Position numbers and translations under genes: made by a program. The notes beneath the pieces are model-generated. The model saw only the letters and a list, made by a program, of their open reading frames with translations. It ran no database searches and had not been told where the DNA came from. Positions 36,231-49,372 of a stretch of DNA of 64,000 nucleotides are shown here, piece by piece. Origin of the DNA: Octopus sinensis (lineage: Eukaryota); NCBI RefSeq assembly GCF_006345805.1, contig NC_042997.1:192014001-192078000 (forward strand), given 5' to 3'. Every line of letters begins with the position of its first letter. Positions within the stretch are counted from its first letter, which is position 1.

Positions 36231-38349
36231 CTGGAAAAGAGAGAAAAATAAAACAATACAAATTACTATTAGCATACAAAAGATTTTAAAATTTTCATTA
36301 TCATCATCGTTTAACGTCCGTTTTCCATGCTGGCATGGGTTGAATGGTTTGACAGAGGTCTGGAGAGCCAGTGGCTGCACCAAGCTCCAAACTGATCTGG
36401 CAATGTTTCCACAGTTGGATGCCCTTCCTAATGCTAACTGAGTGTAGTGGGTGCTTTTTACGTGCGACTGGCACGCAGGCCAGTCAGGGAGTACTGGCAT
36501 CAGCCATGTTCAGAAGGTGCTTTTTATGTGCCACACACACATATATCAAACTATTTCTCTCTTTCACACACACACAGGCATAGCTATGTGGTTAAAAAGT
36601 TCACTTCACAACCATGTGATTTTGAGTTCAGTCCTACTATGTGGCATCTGGGGCATGTGTCTTCTTCTATAGCCCTGGGATAACAAATACCCTATGATTG
36701 AATTTGGTAGGAAAAACTGAATGGAAGTCCATTATTTATACATTCATATACTAGACTTTAAGGAAACAATTGTTGAAGTCAATTTGATTGACTAAACCTT
36801 TCACAGCAGTGCTGCAGCATGGTTGCAATCCAATAACCACACAAAAAAAAAGCAGCAGCAACAGCAGGGGAGGGGCAACCCCCAAAATAATGAAAGGTAA
36901 AGTCAACCTCGGTGGAGTTTGAACTCAGAATGTAGCGAAGGACAAAACACCGCTAAGCATTTCGCCTGGCATACTAACAACCCTGCCAGCTTGCTGCCTT
37001 AATAATAATAATCATTATCGTCATTGAATAATAATAATAATAAAAATAAATAATAATAATAATAGTAGTAGTAATAAAATAATAGAAAAGAAATAGATAA
37101 AGCAAAATCCCAACAATGGCTGAAAAGCTCAGGATTCAAAGCAGAGACTGAAGGATTTTTAATTGCAGCACAAGATCAGTGGCACATAAAAAGCACCCAC
37201 TACACTCTTGGAGTGGTTGGCATTAGGAAGGGCATTCAGCTGTAGAAACATTACCAGATCAGATTGGAGCCTGGTGCAGCCCACTGGGTTGCCAGACTTC
37301 AGTCAAATCGTCCAACCCATGCCAGCATGGAAAGCGGACGTTAAACGATGATGATGATGAAATATAATGTCTATACATGCACCATATCCTACTCTCACAC
37401 CCAATCTTTTTGCAGCACTCATCTTACGCCACCTCCTTTGCCAGATTTCCAACACAAGGATTATTCAGCTACTTGATAACAGAATCTTCACAAATTTCAT
37501 CATTTCATCCCCATTGTGCTTCTAGTTACCTCTCCCTCTCGCCAGAACTGTTTCCTTTAATATCCATCCCTCATTCTTATTATCTTTCTGCACTTATTTT
37601 CTACTGCTCACCATTTCAGAGCCTCCAGTTTATCTCTCCCTCTTCTCAGAACAACATCTTAAGATTGCCGTACCTCATCTTTAAACACTCTCTCATATCT
37701 GCTGTCAATACCCCACCACCTTTGTCCACTCACAATAAGCCATCACTACAAACTGTTGGTCTCTGTAGTACATCCGTTTGTCTGCCTCTGTGTCACTCTG
37801 TCTCTCTCTTTCTCTCCTTATCTTCTTATCTATCTACAAGCTTCCTCTACTTTCTGATCTATCTATAAGTTTATTTTTATTGTTGCTGAATCTGAAATCA
37901 CAGAATTGCATAGCAAACTTCTTAACTATAGAGCCTTACCTGCACCTACATTATAAGACTGCAATTTTAATTTAACCCATTAGCAGGTAAACCAGTGATA
38001 CCTGGCCTATATATTCTTCTTATCATATGTTCAAACTAACCAGATTTGGCCTCTCACACCTGGCAGGTATTGACCATGTTTGGATGGTGCTTTTCACATG
38101 CTATCGGAACGAGGAGCCAGTCATGCGGGTCTGGCAGCGACCCACACATGAATGGTACATATTGCATGCCACCAGCACTGGTAACAGCCACAACTACAAG
38201 TTCCATTTGATTTGATTTACTTGACTCAATAGGTTTCCTCAATCACATTATCAAAATTACAAAGCTATGAGATAATTCAGGATCAATTCCAAACAATGAG
38301 AATAAATAAGTATTACATCTGACAGACTAATCTGAATGCTTGAAATCGA

Positions 38350-38807
38350 AATCAAATTCGATGACTGGCATCCGTGCTAGTGGCGAGCTAAGAGCACCAT
38401 CCGAGCGTGATCATTGCCAGAGCAGCTAACTGGCTTCCATGCTGGTGGCACGTAAAAAGCACTATTCGAGCTTGATTGTTACCAGCGTCGCCTTACTGGC
38501 ACATGAAAAATATTCGAACGAAATCGTTGCCAGTACCACTGGACTGGCTCCTGTGCAGGTGACATACATGTAAAAAACACCATTTGAGTGTGGTCGTTGC
38601 CAGTACCGCCTGACTGGCCCTCGTGCCAGTGGCACATAAAAACACCCACTACATTCTCGGAGTGGTTGGCATTAGGAAGGGCATCCAGCTGTAGAAACTC
38701 TGCCAGATCAGATTGGAGTCTGGTGCAGCCATCTAGTTTGCTAGTCCTCAGTCAAATCGTCCAACCCATGCTAGCATGGAAAGCGGACGTTAAATGATGA
38801 TGATGAT
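38350..38807 (+). mobile_element. RTE 3' end with long 3' UTR repeat array
   Basis: Repeated ggcacgtaaaaagcac motifs then tail and (gat)n; similar plus copies at ~37180-37360, ~39565-39887, ~50252-50429, ~62108-62405; minus copies at ~36299-36530, ~60020-60300. Confidence 0.85.
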
Positions 38808-40069
38808 ATGAATAAATTATGGGGTATGATCTAAGAGAGCCATTCAATGTGTTTTGTCATGGAGAAAATTTCTTGCTGTAGACAAATGGTGCAAATATGA
38901 GTTCTAATGTGCCATAAGCATATTTGAACTGGTAATAACATTGCATTTATATAATTTGAACAAATTGGAGGTGGGTTGGTACTAAAAGGACGAAGCAAAA
39001 TTTAATACATTTCACTAGCCATCAATTTTTCTATATAGATTGGACATGTCCTCTCCCACACAGCATCATGTCACTTGTCAAACTCCTTTGTGAGGTCCAG
39101 CTTCTGGAAATCAAACTCTTTTCATTACCTTTGCCCATGTCTTCCTTCAAACTCTTGGTACTTCTTTACCCAGCAATCATAACTCATGCATTTCATGTCT
39201 GTGTCAACAGTTTTCTCTTTAGCACAAAACACCTGATTCTTTTTCTACCCAGTTTTTCTCTCAGCTCTTCTGTGCCTCTTCATTCCCAGTATTTGATGAG
39301 AATTTGCATTGCATTACACATTCAGAGGAGGACGCTTGCTTCATTTCCTTCCACTGTACATCCTTTGCATTCAAAGCTCTATATCTTATTATTTGCAACA
39401 TCGTACTTCATACCTAAGTATCATACAATCTATCCTTTGTTTGTATACCATTAAATAGAAAGGATTTCAACTTAACTGTTGCAAATCATTGGCATAATAT
39501 CTCAATTTTCTATAGAGACTCACAAAATTTGAATTTTGAAAGGCAAGATTTGGTATCTTAATTATTGCTTGAGGAGACCTATTGAGTCAAGTACATCAAC
39601 ATCAAAAAATCAAATGGAAATTGTAGTTGTGATACCTGTGCCAGTGGCACGTAAAAAGCACCATCTGAACGTGGCCGTTGCCAGCCTCCCCTGGCACCTG
39701 TGCCAGTGGCATGTAAAAAGCACCCACTACACTCACGGAGTGGTTGGCATTAGGAAGGGCATCCAGCTGTAGAAACACTGCCAGATCAGACTGGAGCCTG
39801 GTGCAGCCTCCTGGCTTCCCAGACCCCGGTTGAACCACCCAACCCATGCTAGCATGGAAAACAGATGTTAAACGATGATGATGATCACCTAAATAATAAG
39901 AAACAGGCTTCAAAAGAATTATGAGGAAAAAAAAAAGAGATGCACAAATCAAACATGACCGGAACCATTGTCGACCAAATTGTACCCAAGATGGTCCAAC
40001 AACTTTTTAGAATTTAAATGTTTCTGATAGCTACAGAAGATTTTTATAAACATACGATTCGTTCTTTAA

Positions 40070-40766
40070 CCCTTTCGTTACCAACCCGGCTGAAACTGGC
40101 TCTGGCTCTGTGGTACAAATGTCTTGTTTTCATAAGTTTTGAATTAAAATCTTCCACAAAAACTTTGTCACAATTTATGTTCCTAATACTAGCTGAAAGA
40201 TAACTAAGTTATTTTACTAAATTCTTTGTTATATTTAAAATTAATTGAAAGAAACACAGAACATCTTAAAATAAATAAGGTAACAAAAGGGTTAAGATAT
40301 ATAATAGAGAAACAATTCTTAACCCTTTTGAAACCAACCCAGCTGAAACTGCCTCTGGCTCTGTAGTACAAATGTCTTATTTTCAAAAGTTCTGAATTAA
40401 ATCTTCCACCAAACCTTAGTTATCTTTCAGATAGTGTTAGGAACATGAATTGTGACTAAGTTATTTTACTAATTTCTTTGTTATATTTAAAGTAATTGAA
40501 ACAAACACAGAGCATCTCAAAATTAACCCTTTAGTGTTTAAACCAGCCATATCCGGCCCAAATATTCTATATGTTTTATATTCAAACTGGCAATATCTAG
40601 CCTTTCACACCTAACCAACAATGCCATTCTAAAATTAAACAATCACATCATTGAAACCTCAAAGCTATGAGATAATGCTTGATTAATTCAAAACAATTTG
40701 AGTGAAAAAGTATTACATTTAACAGAGTAATCTGAACACTAAAGGGTTAATACAGTAACAAAAGGG
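40070..40766. mobile_element. Second composite piggyBac-type MITE dimer, with a nested MITE-B (40527-40746)
   Basis: TTAA at 40066-69, 40292-95, 40319-22, 40767-70; nested element bounded by TTAA 40523-26 and 40747-50 with CCCTTTAGTG TIRs. Confidence 0.88.
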
Positions 40767-40807
40767 TTAAACAATTGGTACATTCAAATGAAGACTTAGC
40801 TCCTTAC

Positions 40808-41556
40808 CTTGAACTGTTTTTCTTTCTCACTTGATAAAGTTCATTCAGTCGAAGTATAACACGTTGATCCTCTTCATAGTCAGTCCATTGAATAACAACA
40901 CCATTCTTACTAGAATTAGGATGAATTCCATTAGCTGTTAAACAGTTGGACACTGAACCATTAAGTCCTGATACTGTATGGTTATCTTCTGCAATTATTA
41001 ATTCTAACATTTTAGAGATACGCTGCAAAACACCCAACCTCCATTTGATGGAAGATAATTTGCTATTGGGGTCAGCACTTAGAGAACGGGTTGATTTAGA
41101 ATCCATGAAATTGTTCTTGGATAATTTACCTAAAACTTTTTTACCATGGGACTGGCGTATTAATGAAATCTGCTGTAAAAAGTTTGGTAACAGCTGGCAT
41201 GAATTTTGGATAAGCTGCTTTGGATAATGATGTAGAAGCAGATCAAGAATTGACAATGAGTGTTGCTGACGGGCTTCATCAATGTGAGTCATGGCACAAC
41301 ACAGATGGGCACTTAACAGAGGAAAGAAAGGACTGAGTACGTTTTCACTGACAAATGGTAAGATGGACTTAAGCAGATGTAAGTTGGCCTGGCGGACATT
41401 ACTCTCTTTATCAATGAATAGTTCAGCTATCTTCTGCATAATTTGTGATAGGTTTTCAGACAGAAGTTCGGGATAATCAACCAACAATTCTCGTAATCCA
41501 TTCACGCCATCTCTGCGGATTGTAGAGTTGTAATGTTGACACTGGCTCATCAAATC
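40808..41556 (-). CDS. TEX10: TEX10 coding exon 2 (Ipi1_N / HEAT-like region)
   Basis: ttgtctccctag|GAT...AG|gtaagg; 749 nt, phase 0/2; DLMSQCQHYN...LSPFFPLLSAHLCCAMTHI...SLSILDLLLHHYP, diagnostic of TEX10/Ipi1. Confidence 0.95.
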
Positions 41557-41600
41557 CTAGGGAGACAAATAAAAAGTTTATAATAAATTTAGATTCTCTA

Positions 41601-42015
41601 GGATCTTTTCGGTTTGAACGGCAGTTTTTAACATAATTTCTAGGTAACTAAAAAATTTTAAACTTCGTATACCGGTAGAATGTGTTTATAAAACATCTTT
41701 CTCTCTTGGCTTTATTGAGAAAATTCTATAGTTTGTAAGATATTTGTTGTTTTTTTCTTCAATTTCTGTAATTTCAACCAATCAAATACATCCATTAAGG
41801 TAAAAAAAAACATTCTGTGCCATATGAATATGTCCCTCGTTTAAGAAACAGATTGGGTTTATTTACATTTGTGAAGAAAAAAAGATACCCTTCCACCACC
41901 CCTAACCCTAACCCTAAAAGAGATTGAAATGCAATAGATCGATACTAGGGTCATAATTATGGGTGACAATTTCATATGACAACGCTAAAAACTGCTGTTC
42001 AAACCGAAAAGATCC
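41601..42015. mobile_element. Second GGATC-TIR MITE copy
   Basis: Collinear with 5063-5476; 8-bp TSD attctcta at 41593-41600 and 42016-42023. Confidence 0.9.
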
Positions 42016-43740
42016 ATTCTCTATAACCACATTTCATAGCTGATGGAAAAAGATATTCAATGAGATAATAAAGAAACTTTAATGTGTTGAAAACAAAACC
42101 TTATAATGAAAATATTACTTTTAAATTAATCAAAAAAATGAACATTATTATGAAGAAAGCAATTATTGTATCTGGCTCATTCTCTCTACGATTTCATAAC
42201 TGAGCCACCATCATCATCATCATCATTTAATGTCTGTTTCCCATGCTGGTATGAATTGGATGGCTTGATAAGAGCTGTACTAGGTTTCAATTGTCTGTTT
42301 TGGCATGTTTTCTATGGTCGGATGCCCTTCCTAACACCAACCCCTTTACAGAGTGTACTGGGTGCTTTTACATGACATCAGCATGGGTGCTTTTTAGGTG
42401 ACAACAAAAATATTTAGTCAAACATTAACCATCTATAAGGTATTTACAAGAAAAGATGTAATCAATTTTTAAACTAAAGACATGTACACACACACACCTT
42501 TCAGATAACACATCTCATGATTTCTCATCACCATTTTAATATCTTTTTCACCTGCGCTCACTTGGACAAGGAATATTAAAGAACTTTAAAACAATTTTGA
42601 TCTTACTTCAGTCACTGGACTGTGGCCATTCAGGGGCACCGCCTCAAAGGGTTTAATCCAACTGACCCCAGTAAGTCTGGTACTTATTCTATTTATCTCT
42701 TTCACCAAACCGCTAAGTTACAGGAACTTAAACAAACCATCAATGTTTGTCCAGTGGAAGACATACACAAACAGGCATCCACACAGTTTCTGTTTACCAA
42801 ATTCTATCACAAGGCATTGCTCAGTCCAGGGCTATAGTAGAAGACAACTGCCAAGTTACTAACCAATGGGACTGAACCAACAACTACATGGTAACACTGT
42901 AACCTTCTTAAACACACAGCCATGCGTAAAATAAAAGAAAAGCTATATTCTATACTAACCGAAAATATACACTAACTATTTTAAACTTGCATTGATTTCC
43001 AATGCTGTTACAGTAATGAACAAATCTGTTGCTTCCATCGTTATCCAATATATTTGTCTCAGCTCTGGGCTGGGCGTGAGATAACATGAAGTTATTCTAT
43101 CTCAGAAAATCTTTACTGATTTTTTTCAAAATGTGTGGTCGTGTACTGGCAGATGAAGCAAAATCCAGAGTGCTCTTCTCCCACCAACCAAAACCTATTT
43201 CATATTCAAACTTTCAATAGTAATTTTGACACAAAACTCTTCAAATTCATCCTGGCTTTGGCTAAAAGAAAATACAGGAGGATTAGTTAATTATAATTTT
43301 AGTCAACATATTTCCCTCTCAGACTCAAACACTGTAGTGGTCCTTCAGTTTTTCTAAACCCTCGGAAAGTTGGGTCTCCAAACCAAGCCTTTCGTGATAC
43401 CCTTAAAGCCAGGAACTTTTCAGCATCCTTTGTATAATATCTTCAATTCCTAAATTCTGATGTTTTTTTTTCCTCTCTAGTTTCAGCACTCCTACACAAT
43501 CATCAACACAGTTTTAGTTATAAAGAAATTAAATGATAATATGTTGTTTTAGGCATTGAATTCAGGACTGTATTTACTCTAACTGCAAAATACAGAGCAA
43601 ACTAATGATATACTAAATGGCAGGATTGAAGTAGTAGAAGAAACAGTGTTTACATGCACTCAGTTTGCTTCAAACCTCATACAGCATTGTATAGGGTTTG
43701 GCACAAGGCCAGCAATTTCAAGGCAGTGGAATAAGGCATA

Positions 43741-43905
43741 TTTAACGTTCATTTACTTCTGGGCATATGAAGAAGCATCTGAAAGAAAAAGTCAATGGGA
43801 GCTGGGATGGAATAGTGAGACTATTTGTAATGGAAGAATTTCCTCCAAGGATGATGATAATGACATATGCACAGTTGATTCACTTATTTCAGAAAAATGT
43901 GTCAA
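43741..43905 (+). mobile_element. Fragment of the Merlin-type transposase derivative
   Basis: LTFIYFWAYEEASERKSQWELGW; matches reverse complement of ~49680-49825. Confidence 0.7.
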
Positions 43906-44260
43906 AACAGACACTGGGGCTTGTAGCAATCCCCTGGCTCCTCAGCTCCTGCCATACTGTCCAACCCATGCTAGCCTGGAAAGCATGTATTTGATGGTGA
44001 TGGTGTTAGGAAGGGCATCAGCTGTAAAAAATCCTGCCAAAACAGTCACAGAAGTCTGGTGCAGGCTTCTGCCTGGCTGGCTCTTGTGAAACCGTCCTGC
44101 CCATGCTAGCATGGAAAGCGGACATTAAACAATGATGATGATACGTTTCTTCCGGCTCTTTACATTTTGAGTTCAACTCTACCCTCACTCCTTTCAAGGT
44201 CAATAAAATAAAGTACCAGTCAAGTACTGGAATCACTGTAACCAACCAGTCACACTCTCT

Positions 44261-44456
44261 TTACTCTTTTACTTGTTTCAGTCATTTGACTGCGGCCATG
44301 CTGGAGCACCGCCTTTAGTCGAGCAAATCGACCCCGGGACTTATTCTTTGTAAGCCCAGTACTTATTCTATCGGTCTCTTTTGCCGAACCGCTAAGTGAC
44401 GGGGACGTAAACACACCAGCATCGGTTGTCAAGCAATGCTAGGGGGACAAACACAG

Positions 44457-44487
<31 letters not shown>

Positions 44488-44657
44488 CATATATACGACA
44501 GGCTTCTTTCAGTTTCCGTCTACCAAATCCTCTCACAAGGCATTGGTCGGCCCGGGGCTATAGCAGAAGACACTTGCCCAAGATGCCACGCAGTGGGACT
44601 GAACCCGGAACCATGTGGTTGGTTAGCAAGCTACTTACCACACAGCCACTCCTGCGC
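44261..44657 (-). mobile_element. SINE family A flanked by a 103-bp direct repeat
   Basis: Repeat at 44158-44260 and 44658-44760, 2 mismatches. Confidence 0.92.
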
Positions 44658-44815
44658 CTTTACATTTTGAGTTCAACTCTACCCTCACTCCTTTCAGGGT
44701 CAATAAAATAAAGTACCAGTCAAGTACTGGAATCACTGTAACCAACCAGTCGCACTCTCTCCACAAATTTCAGGTCTTGTGTCTATATTAATACAAAGAA
44801 GAAAATATGATTTAC

Positions 44816-45013
44816 CTTAATACTTAAATTACGTTTTGTAGTTGGTAAAGATGGATCTTTGGTACGAATATGTTGCAGCACTTGAATGGTTCTGGTTTTA
44901 AAGCTGGTGTCTGTAAAATTATCCTTTTTCGGCAGCTTTTTGCCAACTTTGACTTTTCTCTTTTTAAAATCTTCATTTTTTTTCTTCTTTAATTTCTGTT
45001 TTGCTTTGCCCAT
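44816..45013 (-). CDS. TEX10: TEX10 first coding exon
   Basis: MGKAKQK...DFKKRKVKVGKKLPKKDNFTDTSFKTRTIQV...PTTKRNLSIK|gtaaat; 198 nt; matches the conserved TEX10/Ipi1 N-terminus and the NIK|DLL junction; acceptor tttcag 2 nt before ATG. Confidence 0.95.
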
Positions 45014-45631
45014 GTCTGAAATATGAATATTTACAATGTTTAATTACCATACTTAAATGGCGGTGCCCCAGCATGGCCACAGCTCATTAGCTGAAACTAG
45101 AAAAATCAAAATCAATACAAACAATTTCCTTAGTTTTATTTAATCCTTTGGATACCCACCCAGCTGAGACTACTCTGGATTCTATGATACTCTCTCTCTC
45201 TTTTACTCTTTTACTTGTTTCAGTCATTTGACTGTGGCCATGCTGGAGCACCGCCTTTAGTCAAGCAAATTGACCCCAGGACTTATTCTTTTTGTAAACC
45301 TAGTACTTATTCTATCAGTCACTTTTGCTGAACCGCTAGGTTACGGGGACGTAAACACACCAGCGATGTTGGGGGGACAAACACAGACACACATACACAT
45401 ATATATATATACAACAGGCTTCTTTCAGTTTCCGTCTACCAAATCCACTCACAAGGCTTTGGTTGGCATGAGGGTATAGTAGAAGACACTTGCCCAAGGT
45501 GCCACGCAGTGGGACTGAACCCGGAACCATGTGGTTGGTAAGCAAGCTACTTCCCACACAGCCACTCCTATGATACAAACTTTGAGCATTAAAGGGCTCT
45601 TCATTTAACCCTTTAGTGTTCAAATCATTCT

Positions 45632-46034
45632 TATTTCCTTATTGCCCACAAGGGGCTAAACAAGGACAAGCAAAGGGATTAAGTCGATTACATCGACCCC
45701 AGTGCGTAACTGGTAATTAATTTATCGACCCCCGAAAGGATGAAAGGCAAAGTCAACCTTGGCAGAATTTGAACTCAGAACATAACGGCAGATGAAATAC
45801 CTATTTCTTTACTACCCACAAGGGGCTAAACACAGAGGGGACAAACAAGGACAGACAAACGGATTAAGTCGATTATATTGATCCCAGTGCGTAACTGGTA
45901 CTTAATTTATCAACCCCGAAAGGATGAAAGGCAAAGTCGACCTTGGCAGAATTTGAACTCAGAACCTAATGACAGATGAAATACCGCTAAGCATTTTGCC
46001 CAGTGTGCTAACATTTGTCAGCTCACCACCTTGA
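45632..46034 (-). mobile_element. Tandem SINE-B dimer inserted into a MITE-B (~45609-46235)
   Basis: 15-bp TSD tgttcaaatcattct at 45617-45631 and 46035-46049. Confidence 0.85.
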
Positions 46035-46284
46035 TGTTCAAATCATTCTGTCCAATGTAATGTTTATTCACATTGTTTTGAATTATGCATACACTTTCTT
46101 GTCGCTTTGAGATTTTGATGAGGTAACTGTTAACTTTTAGACAGATATTGTAGGGCTGGTGTGAGAGGCCAGGTCTGGCCAGTTTGAATATAAAACAAGT
46201 AGAATATCTGGGCCAGATATGACCTGTTTAAATGCCAAAGGAGCAAAGGTCATGTTATTTTATGTGTAAACACCAGTTTAGAAA

Positions 46285-46775
46285 TCATCATCATCATCAT
46301 CATCATCATCGTTTAACGTCCGCTTTCCATGCTAGCATGGGTTGGACGGTTCAACTGGGGTCTGGGGAGCCCGAAAGCTGCACCAGTCCAGTCAGATCTG
46401 GCAGTGTTTCTACAGCTGGATGCCCTTCCTAACGCCAACCACTCCGAGAGTGTAGTGGGTGATTTTATGTGCCACCGACACAGGTGCCAGACGAGGCTGG
46501 CAAACGGCCACGCTCGGATGGTGTTTTTTATGTGCCACCGACACAGGTGCCAGACGAGGCTGGCAGACGGCCACGCTCGGATGGTGTTTTTTATGTGCCA
46601 CCGACACAGGTGCCAGACGAGGCTGGCAGACGGCACGCTCGGATGGTGTTTTTATGTGCCACCGACACAGGTGCCAGACGAGGCTGGCAGACGGCCACGC
46701 TCGGATGGTGTTTTTATGAGGCTGGCAAACGGCCACGATCGGATGGTGCTTGTTACGTGCCCACAGCACGGAGGC
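46285..46775 (-). mobile_element. RTE 3' end with ~53-bp minisatellite (~5 units)
   Basis: tgtgccaccgacacaggtgccagacgaggctggca... units; (atc)n tail. Confidence 0.88.
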
Positions 46776-47110
46776 CAGACAAAGTTATTTTACTAAATCT
46801 TTCTTTACTTTCAGAATTAACTGAAACATAGGCAGTGTATTTCAAGCGAAATTTGATAACAAAATGGTTATGGATATCTGGCAACAAAAAGATTAAGGAA
46901 ACAAACCTCAATCTTTGAGAAGCCTTATAGCTGCCTGATGCACTGGATCTTTCATTTGTTGCACATAATTCACACTGACATCTACACTTTCAGAAATCCT
47001 ACAAACTTACCCACCTCCTCCTATCAATGGACCCACATTAATATCTATAAAAGGATCAATTAGATGAAAGTAAGACAACTTGATCACAACATGTGGTTAT
47101 TTGTACTTAA

Positions 47111-47331
47111 CCCTTTTGTTACTGTATTTATTTTGAGATGCTCTGGGTTTTTTTCAATTGCTTTAAATAAAACAAAGAATTTAGTAAAATAACTTAGTTA
47201 TTATTTAGCTAGTATTAGGAACATAAATTGTGACTAAGGTTTAGTGGAAAATTTTGATTCAAAACTTATCAAAAGAAGACATTTGTACTACAGAGCCAGT
47301 GCCAGTTGCAGCCGGGTTGGTAGCAAATGGG
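47111..47331. mobile_element. Monomeric piggyBac-type MITE-A
   Basis: TTAA flanks; other monomers at 25338-25558, ~26905-27119, ~52529-52745, ~53684-53899. Confidence 0.85.
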
Positions 47332-47727
47332 TTAAATACCACTTCAGCTATATTGCAATACAACTGGAGAATGGAGTGTATATTATATAAAATATAGTAT
47401 TTTATATATAAAGGTGTGTGAGAGAAAGAGAGAGAAGAGAGCAAATCACCTAATGGTTGAGGTATTGCACCTTAACAATTACAACGTTATGGTTTTGATT
47501 CTTGGACTGAGGATTTGTTGTATTCTTGAACAAGACACTTCATCTCACATTGACCTGCAATCTCTTGGACATCAGATGCACTTGTACAGACAATGTCAAT
47601 TTGATGGAGCAAGTGAGGTGATGTACAGTACCATTAACAAATCCTCTCTGCAGTTTCTTCAGTAAGGAACTGCGGAATCCTTGTCTGTCATCTACTGCAG
47701 GAGAGTCCACCATAATATATATTATTA

Positions 47728-47932
47728 TGAGAGGGGGTGCTGAAAAGTTCCTAGTTTTAAGGGTGTTGCAAAAGGCCTGGTTGGAGTTCTTTTACACGGT
47801 TTAGAAAAACTAAAGGACTACAGCAATAAGTGTGTGAATCTAAGAAGGGTAATATGTTAAATAAAATCATAATTAACTGATCCTCTTATATTTCCTTTTA
47901 CCCAAAGCCAGGAACTTTTCAGCAACCCCTTG
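47728..47932. mobile_element. Mariner-type MITE
   Basis: TA flanks; TIR gggggtgctgaaaagttcct; partial inverted copy at ~43235-43434. Confidence 0.8.
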
Positions 47933-49372
47933 TATAGATTTATATATACTGCTGTTAGTTTGGGGGCTGGAGTAGCGTTTATTTAAATTACATAGAAAAT
48001 ATAGTGATTTTTGGAAGTGTTGTAGTAGTGCTACAGTGTTGTTGTTGAATGATGATTGAGCAAACGTTATGAGCAAAGAGATTTCTAATCATGATTACTC
48101 TCTTTACTCTTTTACTTGTTTCAGTCATTTGACTGTGGCCATGTTGGAGCACCACCTTTAGTCGAGCAAATCGACCCCAGGACTTATTCAACCAAACTCT
48201 TTTGCCAAACCGCTAAGTTACGGGGATGTAAACACACCACCATCGGCTGTCAAGCGATGTTGGGGGGGACAAACACACACATATATATGACGGGCTTCTT
48301 TCAGTTTCCATCTACCAAATCCACTCACAAGGCTTTGGTCAGCCTGAGGCTATGGTAGAAGGTGCCACACAGTGGGACTGAACCCAGAATCATGTGGTTC
48401 ATAAGCAAGGTACTTACCACACAGCCACTCCTACACCTATGTGATTATGCAGTCTTTTTTATATGTCAAAGTCTATACTGGCCAATATATTCTTCCTTTC
48501 AACACAGTAGTGTGTGATTTGAAAGAGATTTGGCTCCTATTTCTTGTAGGTTGAGTGACCACATCAGAGGCTTTCTGTTTGTGTTCTAGAGTTGTCAATG
48601 TTGGTTTAAATAAGTAGATATCTAGTTTTATAGTTTGAAACTGAACTCTAACCATGGACTGTGGCATTCATATATAGTTATAATGAAGGGATTTCTATCA
48701 AACCATGGACATACGAATGTGTAAATCTCATACCACAAATAGCAATGTCTGATTTGAGAGAGATTTGGCTATTATAATAAGCCGAACCATGTAGAGGTCC
48801 CATTTGCTAATGATGCTTGCGGCATGGTATGAAGGCGGTGAACTGGCAGACATGTTAGCACGCCAGGCGAAATGCTTTGTGGTATTTTGTCTGCCACTAC
48901 GTTCTGAGTTCAAATTCTGCCGAGGTCAACTTTGCCTTTCATCCTTTCGGGGTCGATTAAATAAGTACCAGTTACGCACTGGGGTTGATATGATCGACTT
49001 AATCCATTTGTCTGTCCTTGTTTGTCCTCTCTGTGATTAGCCCTTTGTGGGTAGTAAAGAAATAGGTATGAAGGCACATGGCTACATGGTTAGGGTATTT
49101 GGCTTATGACCATATGGTCATGAAATTAATTCCCAGTGGCACATTGCATCCTTGAGTAAGACATTTGATTTCTCAGTTGCTCAATTCAATAAGCTGGCAA
49201 AAATGAGTTGCAGCAGCTTTGTCACATTGTATCACACTCAATCTTCCCAAGAACTATGTTAAAGGAAAAGTGTGCCTGTAGAGCGCTCAGCCACTTGCAC
49301 ATTAATTTCACAAACAGGCTGTTTTGTCGACTCAATCCCCTGGAATACTCATTGTCATAACCAACAGAGCAC

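Noticed and set aside
38850-39000. Extra TEX10 exon between exons 2 and 3
   Set aside because: Acceptor-like site present, but no phase-compatible strong donor; exons 2 and 3 already join in phase.
42980-43220. Unique stretch with short open frames on the minus strand
   Set aside because: No recognisable motif or splice pair; frames under 45 codons.
4983-44815. Intronic snoRNAs, plausible in a ribosome-biogenesis host gene
   Set aside because: C-box-like TGATGA hits are dominated by (GAT)n tails; no box C/D pair with terminal stem and rRNA guide could be supported by eye. Needs snoscan or Infernal.
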